A stretch of DNA of 64,000 nt from an uncultured delta proteobacterium (GTDB lineage Bacteria; Desulfobacterota; Syntrophorhabdia; Syntrophorhabdales; WCHB1-27): contig CAVTDX010000076.1 of the NCBI GenBank assembly GCA_963733345.1, forward strand, positions 13,753-77,752, written 5' to 3'. The notes under the pieces were generated by a model that worked only from the letters and a program-made list of their open reading frames with translations, did not search any database and was not told the DNA's origin. The translations under genes and the position numbers were made by a program. Below, in pieces: positions 51,318-62,426 of the stretch (the stretch's first letter is position 1; each line of letters begins with the position of its first letter).

Positions 51318-52810
51318 TGCGGGTCCTCTTCATCTACCCGAACCTGAACGCCCAAATCGGCTTCAACTACGGAATATCCTATATCTCGGGCCTGCTCAGG
51401 TCGGAGGGCATCGAGACGTTCCTCCTGAATATAAATGCAGATCTCGGTTATCCCCTCGATCTGCAGCGCATCAAACGGGATGTGATGAGGATCGCCCCGG
51501 ACACGATCGGCTTTTCCGTCCTCACCAACCAGCAGAAATACGCCCTGGAGATCGCTGCCGATCTGAGAACTTACTACAAGGGGCCTATAGTCTTCGGCGG
51601 CATCCATCCCACCATGGACCCTTGCGGGACCCTCGAAGAGCCCGCCGTCGACTCCATCTGCGTGGGCGAGGGGGAAGAGGCGTTCCTCGAATCCATCAGG
51701 GCGGGAAGCCCGGCCGGGGTGAAGAACATGGGCTACAGGGACTGCGGTCGCACGGTTCTTGAACCTCTGAGGCCCTATGCGGACATCAAAGCCCTGCCTC
51801 CGAAGGACTACGAGATTTTCGACTTCCAGCGCATGATCGACGCGAAGGGCGGATGGGTCGGCCTGCTCGCCTCCCGGGGCTGCCCTTTCCGGTGCACCTA
51901 TTGCCTGAACCACAAGATCATCAAGCTCTACAAGGAGTCGGGACACGCGCCCAAAGAGTACATACGGCGCCACACTGTCGATCAGGTCGTGGCTGAGGTC
52001 GAATCCATTTTGCGGCGCTACAAGCGGATCGGCATGTTTATCTTCGACGACGACCTCTTCACCTTCGACAAGAGATGGCTGCGGGAGTTCTCCGAGAAAT
52101 ACCCGAGCGCGACCAAGACGGGATTTGTCTGCAACGCCCATGTGAAGATGTTCGACGAGGAGACCGCCGGCTGCCTGAAGCGGGCCGGGTGCAGGATAGT
52201 CAAGTTTGGCGTCGAGAGCGGCAGCGAGAGGATACGCCGGAACGTGCTCTCCCGCTACATGACGAACAACGATATAGAGGCCGCTTTCAGCGCGGCCCAC
52301 AAATTTGGGCTTCACACGTCGGCCTTTGTTATGATAGGCTTGCCGGGTGAGGGGAAAGAAGACGTGCGGGAAACGTTGCGCCTTCTCGCGCGGATGCGGC
52401 CCGGCCGCTTCCGGTGGACCCTATTCTTCCCTTTTGTGGGCACAAGGGCCTTCGAGATAGCGCAAAACGCGGGCGCCATCGATTTCGGGAAGATGGAGTC
52501 CCTCGACAATTTCACCGACGAGACCTGCATGGACCTGGGTGCAGACGCCAACCTTTACGTAAAAAAGGTGAAAGACTTCTTCTGCGCCTTTGTGAATGGA
52601 TACGCATGCATCCCGGAGTACGACCGGATCGTCTCAAGGCTGGAGTCGATGGACGGCTGCGCGTATCAAACGCAAAAAGCCGCCGTAGCCTCCGATATCG
52701 AGGAGGCCGACGAGAGAGGCCGCAGGAGCGGCCTGAGGCGCTACGAAATGCGGTACAACCGTTTCATGGGCGTGAGGAGTGACTGGGAAGACGATCATAT
52801 ACCTGCCTAA
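51317..52810 (+). CDS. B12-binding-domain radical SAM protein
   Basis: ATG at 51317 overlaps the upstream stop (TGATG). N-terminal Rossmann-like B12 domain, then SRGCPFRCTYC. Confidence 0.85.
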   Translation: MRVLFIYPNLNAQIGFNYGISYISGLLRSEGIETFLLNINADLGYPLDLQRIKRDVMRIAPDTIGFSVLTNQQKYALEIAADLRTYYKGPIVFGGIHPTMDPCGTLEEPAVDSICVGEGEEAFLESIRAGSPAGVKNMGYRDCGRTVLEPLRPYADIKALPPKDYEIFDFQRMIDAKGGWVGLLASRGCPFRCTYCLNHKIIKLYKESGHAPKEYIRRHTVDQVVAEVESILRRYKRIGMFIFDDDLFTFDKRWLREFSEKYPSATKTGFVCNAHVKMFDEETAGCLKRAGCRIVKFGVESGSERIRRNVLSRYMTNNDIEAAFSAAHKFGLHTSAFVMIGLPGEGKEDVRETLRLLARMRPGRFRWTLFFPFVGTRAFEIAQNAGAIDFGKMESLDNFTDETCMDLGADANLYVKKVKDFFCAFVNGYACIPEYDRIVSRLESMDGCAYQTQKAAVASDIEEADERGRRSGLRRYEMRYNRFMGVRSDWEDDHIPA

Positions 52811-53765
52811 CTGGCTGGGCGACATGGTGATGGCGACGCCTTTCCTCCAGTGCCTGAAAGAATCCCTCGAGGGGGAGTTGTGGGCTGTGGGAAAGCCTTC
52901 CGCCATGGCCCTGTACCACGGCCTCGACCTTTTCGACCGTTTCTTTCTCTATGACGGCAAGGGCCTGGTCCGCTTCCTCGACCTGGTGAGCGCCGTGAGG
53001 AACGGCCGCTTTGCCCGGGGCATCGTCCTGCCCCATTCCTTCCGTTCTGCCCTGCTTTTCTCTTTTGGCGGAGTACGAGAAAGGATAGGGTACGGCCGGA
53101 ACAACAGGGGTTTCATGCTGCACACTATCATAGAGGAGCCGCCCTCGCAGCCCGAGCCCACGGTCGAGCACTACCTTAGGGTCCTCGATGCCCTCTCCGC
53201 CGCGAGGACCGCGGATACGCCCTTTTTGCGCGTAACCGAAGAAGAGGAGCGCAGGTTCGATGAGAAGTTCCCTGAGGTGACGGGCCCGTATGCCGTCTTC
53301 ATCGCCGGCGCCCAATACGGCCCTTCGAAGCGCTGGCCTGATGCCTATTTCTCACGCCTTACCGACATGGTAACGGAGAGATATCCCCTGCGCGTTTATC
53401 TGCTGCCAGGCAAGGGCGAGGAGAAGGTCGCGGCGCGCATCCGGGACGGCGCGAATTGCAAGGAACGGGTCGAAGTGAAAAGCATGGATGTGAGGGAGCT
53501 GAAAGTGTGTCTCGGCCGCGCCTCGGTGGTCGTGAGCAACGACACCGGGCCCCGCCATATCTCTGCCGCCCTCCGCGTGCCGACCGTGGTCATCTTAGGA
53601 CCTATGGACGAGCGCTATACGCGTTACCCCGGCGGCTTCACCTACACCGTCTGCAAGGATGTACCCTGCAGGCCGTGCAACATGAGGCGCTGCGACAGCG
53701 ACCACGAATGCCTCAAGGGCGTAAGCCCGGAAGAAGTGTTCCGGCAGGTCAGGGAGGTCCTCTAA
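52779..53765 (+). CDS. glycosyltransferase family 9 (heptosyltransferase II-like)
   Basis: IIYLPNWLGDMVMATPFLQCLK; NDTGPRHISAAL. Confidence 0.85.
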   Translation: MTGKTIIYLPNWLGDMVMATPFLQCLKESLEGELWAVGKPSAMALYHGLDLFDRFFLYDGKGLVRFLDLVSAVRNGRFARGIVLPHSFRSALLFSFGGVRERIGYGRNNRGFMLHTIIEEPPSQPEPTVEHYLRVLDALSAARTADTPFLRVTEEEERRFDEKFPEVTGPYAVFIAGAQYGPSKRWPDAYFSRLTDMVTERYPLRVYLLPGKGEEKVAARIRDGANCKERVEVKSMDVRELKVCLGRASVVVSNDTGPRHISAALRVPTVVILGPMDERYTRYPGGFTYTVCKDVPCRPCNMRRCDSDHECLKGVSPEEVFRQVREVL

Positions 53766-53767
53766 AG

Positions 53768-54775
53768 ATGGAGATCCGTCCGGAATTGATAGACCGCTTC
53801 AAAGAGAAGCATATCTGCGTCGTAGGCGACGTGATCGCCGACATATACATTTACGGAAAACCCCACAAATTGTCGAGGGAAGCGCCCGTGGTGGTGATCA
53901 GGTACGAGGACGAGTTTCTTTGCCCGGGCAGCGCGGGCAACACGATAAACAACCTGTTGGCCCTCGGCGCACATGTACATCCCGTGAGCTGCATCGGCCG
54001 CGACGAGGCGGGCGACAGGCTCTACGCGAATTTTTCCGGCCACGAAAAGATAGACCTGGACGGGCTGGTGAGGCATGACGGCAGGACCGTAACGAAGACG
54101 CGGATCCTCGCCGGTGACAGGCACACGTCGAAACAGCAGGTGATCCGGATCGACCGGGAGATGGAAGGACCGCTGCCCGAGGCCCTGAGGGCGGACTTGC
54201 GGCGGAAGCTCGCCGATCTCATCCCCCGCATGGACGCCGTCATACTCTCCGATTACGAGTACGGGCTCATCGACCCCCAGATGAGGGCAGTCGCCGCGGA
54301 AGCGGCCCGGGCGAAGATCGTCGTCGGCGATTCTAGGCGCCGCCTGGGGGAGTGCAAAGGGATTACCATGATCACGCCCAACGAGTCGGAGGCATACGCT
54401 CTGGCGGGCTGTGAGGCAGAGACGGACGTAGAACTGGTGGGCGGGCGCATCATCGGCTTTATGGGGGTAGAGGCGCTCCTTATCACGAGGGGAAACAAGG
54501 GCATGACCCTCTTCCTCAAGGACGGGCAAATACGCCATATACCGATTTACGGGAGTGACGAGATTGCCGATGTTACCGGCGCGGGGGACACGGTGACGGC
54601 GGCAGCGACCCTCGCCCTGGCTTCTGGCGCCGATTTCTACGCAGCCTCGAGGATTGCCAACTGCGCGGCGGGGATCGTTGTCATGAAGACAGGCACGGCA
54701 GTAGCGACCGCCTACGAGCTGAAGGGGGCGATTGAGGGATTATGGGAGAGTGGGTTCGCGACCTCGACACGCTGA
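53768..54775 (+). CDS. hldA: D-glycero-beta-D-manno-heptose-7-phosphate kinase (RfaE domain I-like, PfkB family)
   Basis: [10 protein letters not shown] and DVTGAGDT ribokinase-family motifs. Sits in the heptose cluster. Confidence 0.8.
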   Translation: MEIRPELIDRFKEKHICVVGDVIADIYIYGKPHKLSREAPVVVIRYEDEFLCPGSAGNTINNLLALGAHVHPVSCIGRDEAGDRLYANFSGHEKIDLDGLVRHDGRTVTKTRILAGDRHTSKQQVIRIDREMEGPLPEALRADLRRKLADLIPRMDAVILSDYEYGLIDPQMRAVAAEAARAKIVVGDSRRRLGECKGITMITPNESEAYALAGCEAETDVELVGGRIIGFMGVEALLITRGNKGMTLFLKDGQIRHIPIYGSDEIADVTGAGDTVTAAATLALASGADFYAASRIANCAAGIVVMKTGTAVATAYELKGAIEGLWESGFATSTR

Positions 54776-55224
54776 AAAACATTGTCGAGCAGGAGAGACG
54801 CAAGGGGAAGAAGATCGTCTTCGGCAACGGCTGTTTCGATCTCCTCCACGTGGGCCACGTGCGCTACCTTAAGGCAGCCAGGGCCCTTGGGGATGTCCTC
54901 ATTGTGGGCGTTAACGACGACGATTCGGTGATCGGCCTCGGCAAGAGACCCGGCGTGGTCACGCCCCTGGAAGAGCGGATCGAGATCCTCGCGGCCGTCG
55001 CAGCCGTCGATTACGTGATCGCTTTCCGGGAGCCCACGGCCGAGCGTCTCCTGAGAGAGCTGAAACCAGACATCCACGCGAAGGGGACGGACTACACGGT
55101 GGAAACGGTCCCCGAGAGGGAGGTTGTCCGATCCTACGGAGGCAGGGTCGCCATCGTCGGGGACCCGAAAAGCCACTCGACCAGGGACATTATCGAGTCG
55201 GTGCGGCAGTTGGGGAGGCAATGA
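54742..55224 (+). CDS. hldC: D-glycero-beta-D-manno-heptose-1-phosphate adenylyltransferase (RfaE domain II-like)
   Basis: [14 protein letters not shown] cytidylyltransferase HxGH motif. Confidence 0.8.
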   Translation: MGEWVRDLDTLKNIVEQERRKGKKIVFGNGCFDLLHVGHVRYLKAARALGDVLIVGVNDDDSVIGLGKRPGVVTPLEERIEILAAVAAVDYVIAFREPTAERLLRELKPDIHAKGTDYTVETVPEREVVRSYGGRVAIVGDPKSHSTRDIIESVRQLGRQ

Positions 55225-55988
55225 CAATCCCCCTGTCCGTCTACATGATCACTTACAACAACGGAGCGACGATCGAAAAGGCCCTCGCGTCAGTCGCAGG
55301 CTGGGCCGCCGAGGTGGTGGTGGTCGATTCGGAGAGCACCGACGGCGCCCAAGAGATCATCGAACGATACACGGACCGGCTCTACCAGCTTTGCACGACC
55401 AATATGACGGAGAAGTACGGCTACGCGCAGAGTCTCTGCACTCAGCCATGGGTGCTCTTTGTCGACGCGGACGAATGGCTCACCCCCGAGATCAAGGGAG
55501 AGATCGAGGAGTTGGTTCGCGGCGGGACCGGCTACGACGGGTTCACCGCGCCCAGGAGAAATATTTACCTGGGCAGGGTCATCTGCCACGGCGAGTGGCA
55601 TGCTGACTACGAGGTGCGTCTGTACCGCAAGGAAAAAGGCAGCTGGGCCGGGGGCATCCACGCGCGCGTTTACGTCGCGGGCAGGGTAGGGCGCTTGAAA
55701 AACTACTACCTTCACGCTCCGTACCAGGATATATCGCACCAGATCCGCACGGTCGACCGGTATTCGCAGGCCTTTGCGGAGGACATGGCCGCATCCGGCC
55801 GTCCTTTCCGCCTCTACAACCTGGTCGGCAGGCCCCTCTATCGTTTTTTGAGAGATTACCTGATCAAGGGGGGTTTTCGCGACGGGGTGCCGGGCCTCAT
55901 CATCATCGCCTCCACCATGTACTACGTGTTCATGAAACACGCCAAACTCTGGGAGCTGGAAAGGAAGAGTGGAAAAGTTCAGGGATAA
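55221..55988 (+). CDS. glycosyltransferase family 2
   Basis: [29 protein letters not shown]. Confidence 0.8.
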   Translation: MTIPLSVYMITYNNGATIEKALASVAGWAAEVVVVDSESTDGAQEIIERYTDRLYQLCTTNMTEKYGYAQSLCTQPWVLFVDADEWLTPEIKGEIEELVRGGTGYDGFTAPRRNIYLGRVICHGEWHADYEVRLYRKEKGSWAGGIHARVYVAGRVGRLKNYYLHAPYQDISHQIRTVDRYSQAFAEDMAASGRPFRLYNLVGRPLYRFLRDYLIKGGFRDGVPGLIIIASTMYYVFMKHAKLWELERKSGKVQG

Positions 55989-56069
55989 GGAAGTCCTCAT
56001 TAGGGGCGGCCCGGGGTTTACGCAGGAAGGCCGATTTCTATCGGAGACAAAAAAGGAGTACTGGGACTG

Positions 56070-57179
56070 ATGGTGAAGATTTTCGATCTACAACGGGAAT
56101 ACGAGGAACTGAAAGGACCGATCGCGGAGGCGTTTGACAGGGTTTGTCGAAGCGGCGAGTTTATCACTGGCAGGGAGCTTGCTGCCTTTGAGGACGCCTT
56201 TGCTCGCTACCTGGGCATCCATTTCACAGTGGGCGTAGGTTCCGGTACGGACGCGTTGCGCATCGGCGGTCTGGCCTTGGGACTGAAGGCGGGCGACAAG
56301 ATCGTCACTACGCCGAACACCTATGTGGCCACGACCATGGCTCTATCGGTGCATGGCATCGTCCCGGTGTTCTGCGACATAGACCCTGAGACCTACACCA
56401 TGGACCCCTATGCTCTCGAGGAAGCGCTAAAGCGGACGAGCGGCGTGAAGGTCTGCATCCCCGTTCACTTGTACGGCCATCCTTGCCGCATGGACGAGAT
56501 CATGGAAGTGTGCGACCGCTTCGGCGTGACGATATTCGAGGACGCCTGCCAGTCCCACGGCGCCCTTTACAAAGGGAGGAAGGTCGGCACCTTTGGGCTG
56601 GCCGCCGCCTTCAGCTTCTATCCCACGAAGAACCTCGGGGCTTACGGCGACGGGGGCGCCGTAGCGACGGCAGACCGCGGCGTCTTCGAGGCGGTGCGAC
56701 GCTTGCGCAACTACGGCCAGCAAGAGAAGCACCTCCATCTCGTCGAAGGGTTCAATTCACGTCTCGATGAGCTTCAGGCGGCCATCCTCTCGTGTAAGCT
56801 CGCGCGGCTCGACGCGGGGAACGAGAAGCGCCGCAGCCTCGCCAAAATCTACCGCCTGGACCTTGAGGACGAGACGCCTCTGGCGCTCCCCCTGGAAAAA
56901 CCGTGGGCCCGCCATGTCTACCATCTCTACGTGGTACGCACGCCCGAACGGGAAGCCCTCTCCGAATTCCTGAAAGGCCGCGGCATCGGCAGCCTTATCC
57001 ACTACCCTGTGCCGATTCACCTCCAGGAAGCGTACAAGGGTCTGGGCTATAAAAAAGGCGATTTCCCCGCGGCTGAGAAGGCTGCCTCCGAGGTGCTTTC
57101 GCTCCCCCTGTACCCCACGCTCACGGAGCAGGAAGTCGTCTCCGTCTGCACTGCCATAAAGGCTTTTTACTCGCAATGA
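56070..57179 (+). CDS. DegT/DnrJ/EryC1-family PLP-dependent sugar aminotransferase
   Basis: SFYPTKNLGAYGDGG PLP-lysine motif. 369 aa. Confidence 0.9.
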   Translation: MVKIFDLQREYEELKGPIAEAFDRVCRSGEFITGRELAAFEDAFARYLGIHFTVGVGSGTDALRIGGLALGLKAGDKIVTTPNTYVATTMALSVHGIVPVFCDIDPETYTMDPYALEEALKRTSGVKVCIPVHLYGHPCRMDEIMEVCDRFGVTIFEDACQSHGALYKGRKVGTFGLAAAFSFYPTKNLGAYGDGGAVATADRGVFEAVRRLRNYGQQEKHLHLVEGFNSRLDELQAAILSCKLARLDAGNEKRRSLAKIYRLDLEDETPLALPLEKPWARHVYHLYVVRTPEREALSEFLKGRGIGSLIHYPVPIHLQEAYKGLGYKKGDFPAAEKAASEVLSLPLYPTLTEQEVVSVCTAIKAFYSQ

Positions 57180-58318
57180 GGCGCCTACGCCTGCTCCACC
57201 TACTGAGCGACTGGAAATGGACGGGCCCGGCGCCGCCGGTGGTCTCCCTCTGCGAGAGCCTCGACGCTCTGGGGGTCGATGTCGTCCTCGCCTTCCGCAA
57301 GGCCCCGTCCGATTTCCGGGAGCGGACCGTCGAGAAGGAAGCCGCCAGGCTGCATCTGTCGTGCTGGGACGGCTTCAAGCTGAACAGATATTTCTCGCCC
57401 CGTGACTGGCGCCATGATCTCCGCGCGATTTACCGCTTCGCGGCGGACCGGAAAGTCGACATTATCCATGCCCATCTTACCCATGACCACGCGTCCGCCG
57501 CGGCGTCGCTCTTCGGACGCAGCCGCAGGCCGCTCCTCGTGAGGACCGACCATAAGAGGGACGGGCTCGACGCCGGCTTTGCGATGAAAGCGCTTATCGG
57601 CAGGACCGACGGTCTCGCTTTTTACGGAAGGAGGATAAAGGAGCGCGATGTCGCGCGTTTTGGCTATCCTGAAGAAAGATGCGTCGTGCTGCCGCCTGGC
57701 GTCCGTGTCTACGAAGGCCCCGTAGACAATCTCAGGGCCTCTCTGGGCATCGGTCCGGATGAATTGGTGGTGGGCGTGATCGGCCGCCTGAAGCCGGACC
57801 GGGCCTATGACGTGATCCTGAGGGCCTTCAAGACGCTCACGAGCAGAATGGATAGGGTCAAGCTCGTGATTGTGGGCCGCAGCTCGCAGATTGAGGAAAG
57901 CATAAAGAAACCCCTCGCTGCCCTGGGGCTTCAGAAAGACGTCATCCTCGCGGGTTATCGCCTCGACGATTATTTCTCCATGATCGCGACCTTCGATCTC
58001 TTCGTGATGATGAGGGCGGGGAGCGACGGCTCCGCGCGCGCGCTCCGGGAAGTGATGGGCATGGGCAAGCCGGCCGTGGTCTCTGACCGGGGCATGCTGC
58101 CAGAGCTGGTGCGGGACGGATACAACGGGTACGTGGCTGCCGACGAGGGGTTGCTCGCCGCCCGGATGGAGCAGGTGCTCGCCGACGAGGGCCTGAGAGA
58201 GCGCCTCGGAGCGAACGCGCGGAAGACGGCCGTAGAGGAGTGGGACTACGCACTTCAGGCGAAAAAATTGATTGCCTTCTACGAAAAACTGATGGCTTTG
58301 GGCAGGCGGGCCGGGTAA
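57176..58318 (+). CDS. glycosyltransferase family 4
   Basis: GT-B fold pattern. C-terminal REVMGMGKPAVVSDRGMLPELV. Confidence 0.8.
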   Translation: MRRLRLLHLLSDWKWTGPAPPVVSLCESLDALGVDVVLAFRKAPSDFRERTVEKEAARLHLSCWDGFKLNRYFSPRDWRHDLRAIYRFAADRKVDIIHAHLTHDHASAAASLFGRSRRPLLVRTDHKRDGLDAGFAMKALIGRTDGLAFYGRRIKERDVARFGYPEERCVVLPPGVRVYEGPVDNLRASLGIGPDELVVGVIGRLKPDRAYDVILRAFKTLTSRMDRVKLVIVGRSSQIEESIKKPLAALGLQKDVILAGYRLDDYFSMIATFDLFVMMRAGSDGSARALREVMGMGKPAVVSDRGMLPELVRDGYNGYVAADEGLLAARMEQVLADEGLRERLGANARKTAVEEWDYALQAKKLIAFYEKLMALGRRAG

Positions 58319-58322
58319 GGCC

Positions 58323-59534
58323 ATGGCCGGGCAAAGGGTCAGCCGTCCGCTAAAAATTGCTATCGTCCTGGATAAGTTTCTCCCTTCCCGGGGCGGGGAG
58401 CGCTATTTTTCTTTCCTTTGCGAAGAGCTTGCCAAAAGAGGACACGAGGTTCACGTCTTCGCGATGGAGGCGGAACAGACCAGGGGGCTGCCTTACGGGG
58501 TCCACACGATGCGCGTCTTTAGACACCCGGCCTGGCTGCGCACTCTCTCGCTCTGGCGTTGCAGCGCAACGACGCTGACAGCGCAGGGTTTCGACGTTGT
58601 CCATGCCGTGGCTCAATGCCGCGCCGCCACCGTCCTCAACCCCCACGGCGGCGTGGAGGCTGCTTATCTCAGGCAGGAATTCGCCTCGATTGAAAGTCCC
58701 CTCTACCGCGCCTACAGGCGTCTGTCGCGTTGGCTCTCGCTGCGCCGCTTCCTGGAGAGCACCTTGCAAAAGCGCCTCTACGCGAGCGGCAGGCTCCGCC
58801 GCGTCATCGCCATCTCGGAAATGGTCAAGCGGGACATCATCGACTATTATGCTTTTCCCGGGGAGTGCATCAGCGTGGTCTTCAACAGCGTCGACCTCGA
58901 CACCTTTCATCCCCGGTTGTGCGAGGTCCACAGGGCGCAAATGCGCACGGAGCTCGGCCTCGCAGAGGAGGCGATCCTTCTGCTCTTCGCGGGGAACAAC
59001 TTCCGCCTGAAGGGCGTGGGGACGCTCCTGAAAGCGCTGGCCTTGCTCACCGGCCGATTTCCCGGCAGTGATTTCCGACTCCTCGTTGCGGGCCGGGGTC
59101 GGCCGGGGCGCTACCGGAGGCTCATGAAGAAGCTGGCCATTTCGGACAGGGTGCGGTTCGCCGGTCCGGTCCCCGCCATGGCGCCCTACTATGCGGCCGC
59201 CGACATCTATGTCCATCCGACGTTCTACGACTCCTGCTCCCTAACTGTCCTAGAAGCCCTTGCGAGCGGGCTGCCCGCAATCACGACTCGGTTCAACGGC
59301 GCGGCCCAGGCGATTCGCTCCGCGGAAGGGGGGAAGGTGGTCGATGACCCCGCGGATGCGGCCGAGTTAGCCGCCGCCATCGCTCTCTATGTGGACCCTG
59401 AAGAGCGCGCCGCCGCTCGCAGCGTCGCACGGTCGTGGATGGAGGCATATCCGCCCGAGCGGAATGTGGAGGAGACGGAGAGGGCGTACTATGCGGCCCT
59501 TGACGAGCCGGAGCAGGGGGCGGGCGCATCCTAA
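58323..59534 (+). CDS. glycosyltransferase family 4
   Basis: DSCSLTVLEALASGLPAITT motif. Confidence 0.8.
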   Translation: MAGQRVSRPLKIAIVLDKFLPSRGGERYFSFLCEELAKRGHEVHVFAMEAEQTRGLPYGVHTMRVFRHPAWLRTLSLWRCSATTLTAQGFDVVHAVAQCRAATVLNPHGGVEAAYLRQEFASIESPLYRAYRRLSRWLSLRRFLESTLQKRLYASGRLRRVIAISEMVKRDIIDYYAFPGECISVVFNSVDLDTFHPRLCEVHRAQMRTELGLAEEAILLLFAGNNFRLKGVGTLLKALALLTGRFPGSDFRLLVAGRGRPGRYRRLMKKLAISDRVRFAGPVPAMAPYYAAADIYVHPTFYDSCSLTVLEALASGLPAITTRFNGAAQAIRSAEGGKVVDDPADAAELAAAIALYVDPEERAAARSVARSWMEAYPPERNVEETERAYYAALDEPEQGAGAS

Positions 59535-59603
59535 AAACAGGCCGCCCGGACGCCTGATTCTAAGGAGACAACCAACAAGAAGGGGAGGGGTGGAAAAAGA
59601 AAA

Positions 59604-59968
<365 letters not shown>

Positions 59969-60361
59969 TCTTTGCTGCCGCATCTTTCGCAAGCTTGTCT
60001 GCAAGCTTGTTTCGTTCCCTGGGAATATATTTTATCACAACATGAGGAAGCTTGTGCATCAAGCGGAGCGCTTCCTCTAGATAGGGCTTCAGCCCTTCGT
60101 TCCTGATGCGGTATTTTCCAAGTATTTGATATGCCACGAGTTGGGAATCGGTATAGACATTGATCGACTGCCCGGCTGGGTTCCGGACCTTCAGGAGCGC
60201 CCTGATTAGGGCCTCGTATTCCGCCATGTTGTTGGTCATCAGCCCCAGATGAACGCTGTCTCTCCAAATCTCGCGTCCGTCCTCGTCAAACGCGACCATG
60301 CCAGCCCCCGCGAGGCCCGGGTTGCCCAGAGAGGCCCCATCGATGTAAATGTGCAATTCTT

Positions 60362-61104
60362 TCATTCTTCTTCTTCGTAGCAGAGGATCCTGTTGCAGCT
60401 CGGACAAGTAAGAGCTTCGCTTTTCTTCATCACCTCGATAAAAAGCTGAGGCGGGATATTCATGAAGCAACCGAGACAGGTGCCGTTCTTGACGTTTACG
60501 ACGGCGATACCGCCCCTCTTTTCTATGAGGATGTTGTATCGCTTCTTCAGGTCGGGGTCACTTCGGTCAACAGTCTTTCCCTCTCGTGCCGGAGCTTTTC
60601 GACGGCGCCGTCGACGGTTTCTATCTCTTTTTCCAGTTCCCTGACCTCTTCCTTCACCTCTTTCTCCCTCCTGCTCAGCTCTTTCATTCCGGATTGATAA
60701 TCCTTTTTCAGTTCCTCGGTCCTTTCCATCAGGGAAATTATATCCTCCTCGATCTTCTCGTTCTCCGCCCTCGCTGTTTCCGTCTCTTTCAGGATCGCCT
60801 GATACTCTTTGTTGGTCTTCACTTCGTGCAGCTTCGCCTCCACCTTCATGATCTTTGTTTTCTCAGTTTCCAGTTCCTGCTCCTTCTTCCTTCTTTCCTT
60901 CTCCAGCTCTTCGATGACCTCTTGTTGTTTTAGGAGCCTATCCTTCGTTTGAGCCACCTCTTTTTGGATCTCTTCTATTCTCTGGGGCGCCAGGATCCTC
61001 TTTTTCTCGTTTCCAATGATTTCGGTGTCTATCTTTTGCACCTGGCAGAGAGTTAATAATTCCTCGTTCAACGTTTCCCTCCTAAAATTCGAAAGGGGTG
61101 GCAT
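60362..61104 (-). CDS. COG1579/DUF164 coiled-coil zinc-ribbon protein, frameshifted as assembled near 60550-60562
   Basis: Long coiled coil in ORF 60547..61104. The C-terminal DPDLKKRYNILIEKRGGIAVVNVKNGTCLGCFMNIPP..CPSCNRIL is readable in another frame and ends at 60362. Confidence 0.75.
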
Positions 61105-61178
61105 TTCTGCTCACCCCTTTCCGGTTCTTTTGCTATATGAATATCGATGTTTTCGCCGCCATCCTCGATTCTCGAAAA

Positions 61179-61251
61179 TGGGCCCACCTGGCCTCGAACC
61201 AGGGGCCTACCGGTTATGAGCCGGTGGCTCTACCAACTGAGCTATGGGCCC
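61179..61251 (-). tRNA. tRNA with anticodon CAT (elongator Met or Ile2-lysidine type)
   Basis: 73-nt cloverleaf GGGCCCA-TA-GCTC..GAGC-C-ACCGG-CTCATAA-CCGGT-AGGCC-CCTGG-TTCGAGG-CCAGG-TGGGCCC-A. No encoded CCA. C4:G69 and C5:G68 resemble tRNA-Ile2. Confidence 0.9.
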
Positions 61252-61262
61252 GCGTGGAAAAT

Positions 61263-61291
61263 AGCTTAACTGATCGCCCGGATGTTGTCAA
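61263..61291 (-). promoter_or_regulatory. sigma70-like promoter of the tRNA gene
   Basis: Minus strand TTGACA (61286-61291), 17-nt spacer, TAAGCT (61263-61268), about 11 nt before the tRNA 5' end. Confidence 0.5.
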
Positions 61292-61488
61292 GCAAATGCA
61301 GAGACCTTAGAAAACGGGAAAGGCAGGAAGTGTCCCTTGCGGTCGAGTGCCGCACCTGCCGCACCATGTATGTCATTATGTACAACAACGGTGAAAAGCG
61401 GAACGTCGAAAGAGGAAAATGAGGTCCCTCGTCGCTTTTTACTTGCGCTGAACGCCATGGTTGTCTTAGCATCTATACGGGTGATGAG

Positions 61489-62394
61489 TTGATTGAAGCC
61501 GACGTCATACTGTTTTCTCCTCCCGTCCTGGACGTGCTCTTCTTTGTCCTCGGGGCGATTATCGGCAGCTTCCTCAACGTGTGCATCCATCGGATCCCTG
61601 CGGACCGCTCGATCGTGCGTCCCGGCTCCCGATGCCCCGCCTGCGGCGGTCCTATTGCGGGTTACGACAATATCCCTCTTGTCAGTTATCTGCTCCTGAG
61701 GGGCAGGTGCAGGAAATGCGGCTGCAACATATCGATCCGGTATCCCCTGGTGGAGCTTTTGACTGCAGCGCTTTTCGTTGTCTTCTCCAGGGTCATAGGT
61801 CTTTCCATCGAATTGCCTGTGACGCTTGCCTTTGCCTGTCTTCTCATCGCGGCATCCTTCATAGACCTGGATTATATGATAATCCCCGATGTACTGAGCG
61901 TGGGCGGGCTCCTTTTTGGTGTTGCCCTTTCTTTCGTCAGGCCCTCTTTCGGCTCTGCGGACTCGCTGGGATCGTTGCTCGCCGGCGCCGGAGCTCTCAA
62001 GGGGATGCCGGCAGCCCTAGAGCGGCTCGCCACCTCGCTGGGGGGCGTCCTCGCAGGCGGCGGCGTGCTCTACGCCATCGCGGCATCGTATGAGCTGGTG
62101 AGGAAGAAGGAAGGCATGGGCGGCGGCGACATAAAACTCCTCGGCATGATCGGCGCCTTTTGCGGCATCGAGGGCGTGATTTTCTCTCTGGTTATCGGGT
62201 CCTTTATCGGCGCCGCCGTGGGGATCCCTCTCATGCTGATCAAGCGCAGGAGCATGACTTACGCGCTTCCCTTCGGCCCGTTTCTCTCCCTCGGCGCACT
62301 GGTTTATGCAATTCTTTACGTAGTTGGCGGGCGGCGTAGCCTGTTTCACGGCAATGAGCTTATCCGCCTGCTTTTCAGCGTCGTTCCAGGATAA
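61489..62394 (+). CDS. pilD: prepilin peptidase (A24 family)
   Basis: RCPACGGPI..CRKCG zinc motif, GMGGGDIKLLGMIG catalytic Asp motif, multi-TM. Confidence 0.85.
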   Translation: MIEADVILFSPPVLDVLFFVLGAIIGSFLNVCIHRIPADRSIVRPGSRCPACGGPIAGYDNIPLVSYLLLRGRCRKCGCNISIRYPLVELLTAALFVVFSRVIGLSIELPVTLAFACLLIAASFIDLDYMIIPDVLSVGGLLFGVALSFVRPSFGSADSLGSLLAGAGALKGMPAALERLATSLGGVLAGGGVLYAIAASYELVRKKEGMGGGDIKLLGMIGAFCGIEGVIFSLVIGSFIGAAVGIPLMLIKRRSMTYALPFGPFLSLGALVYAILYVVGGRRSLFHGNELIRLLFSVVPG

Positions 62395-62426
62395 AAAATT
62401 ACGCGCCCGCGAGGAGGCGTAGTATT

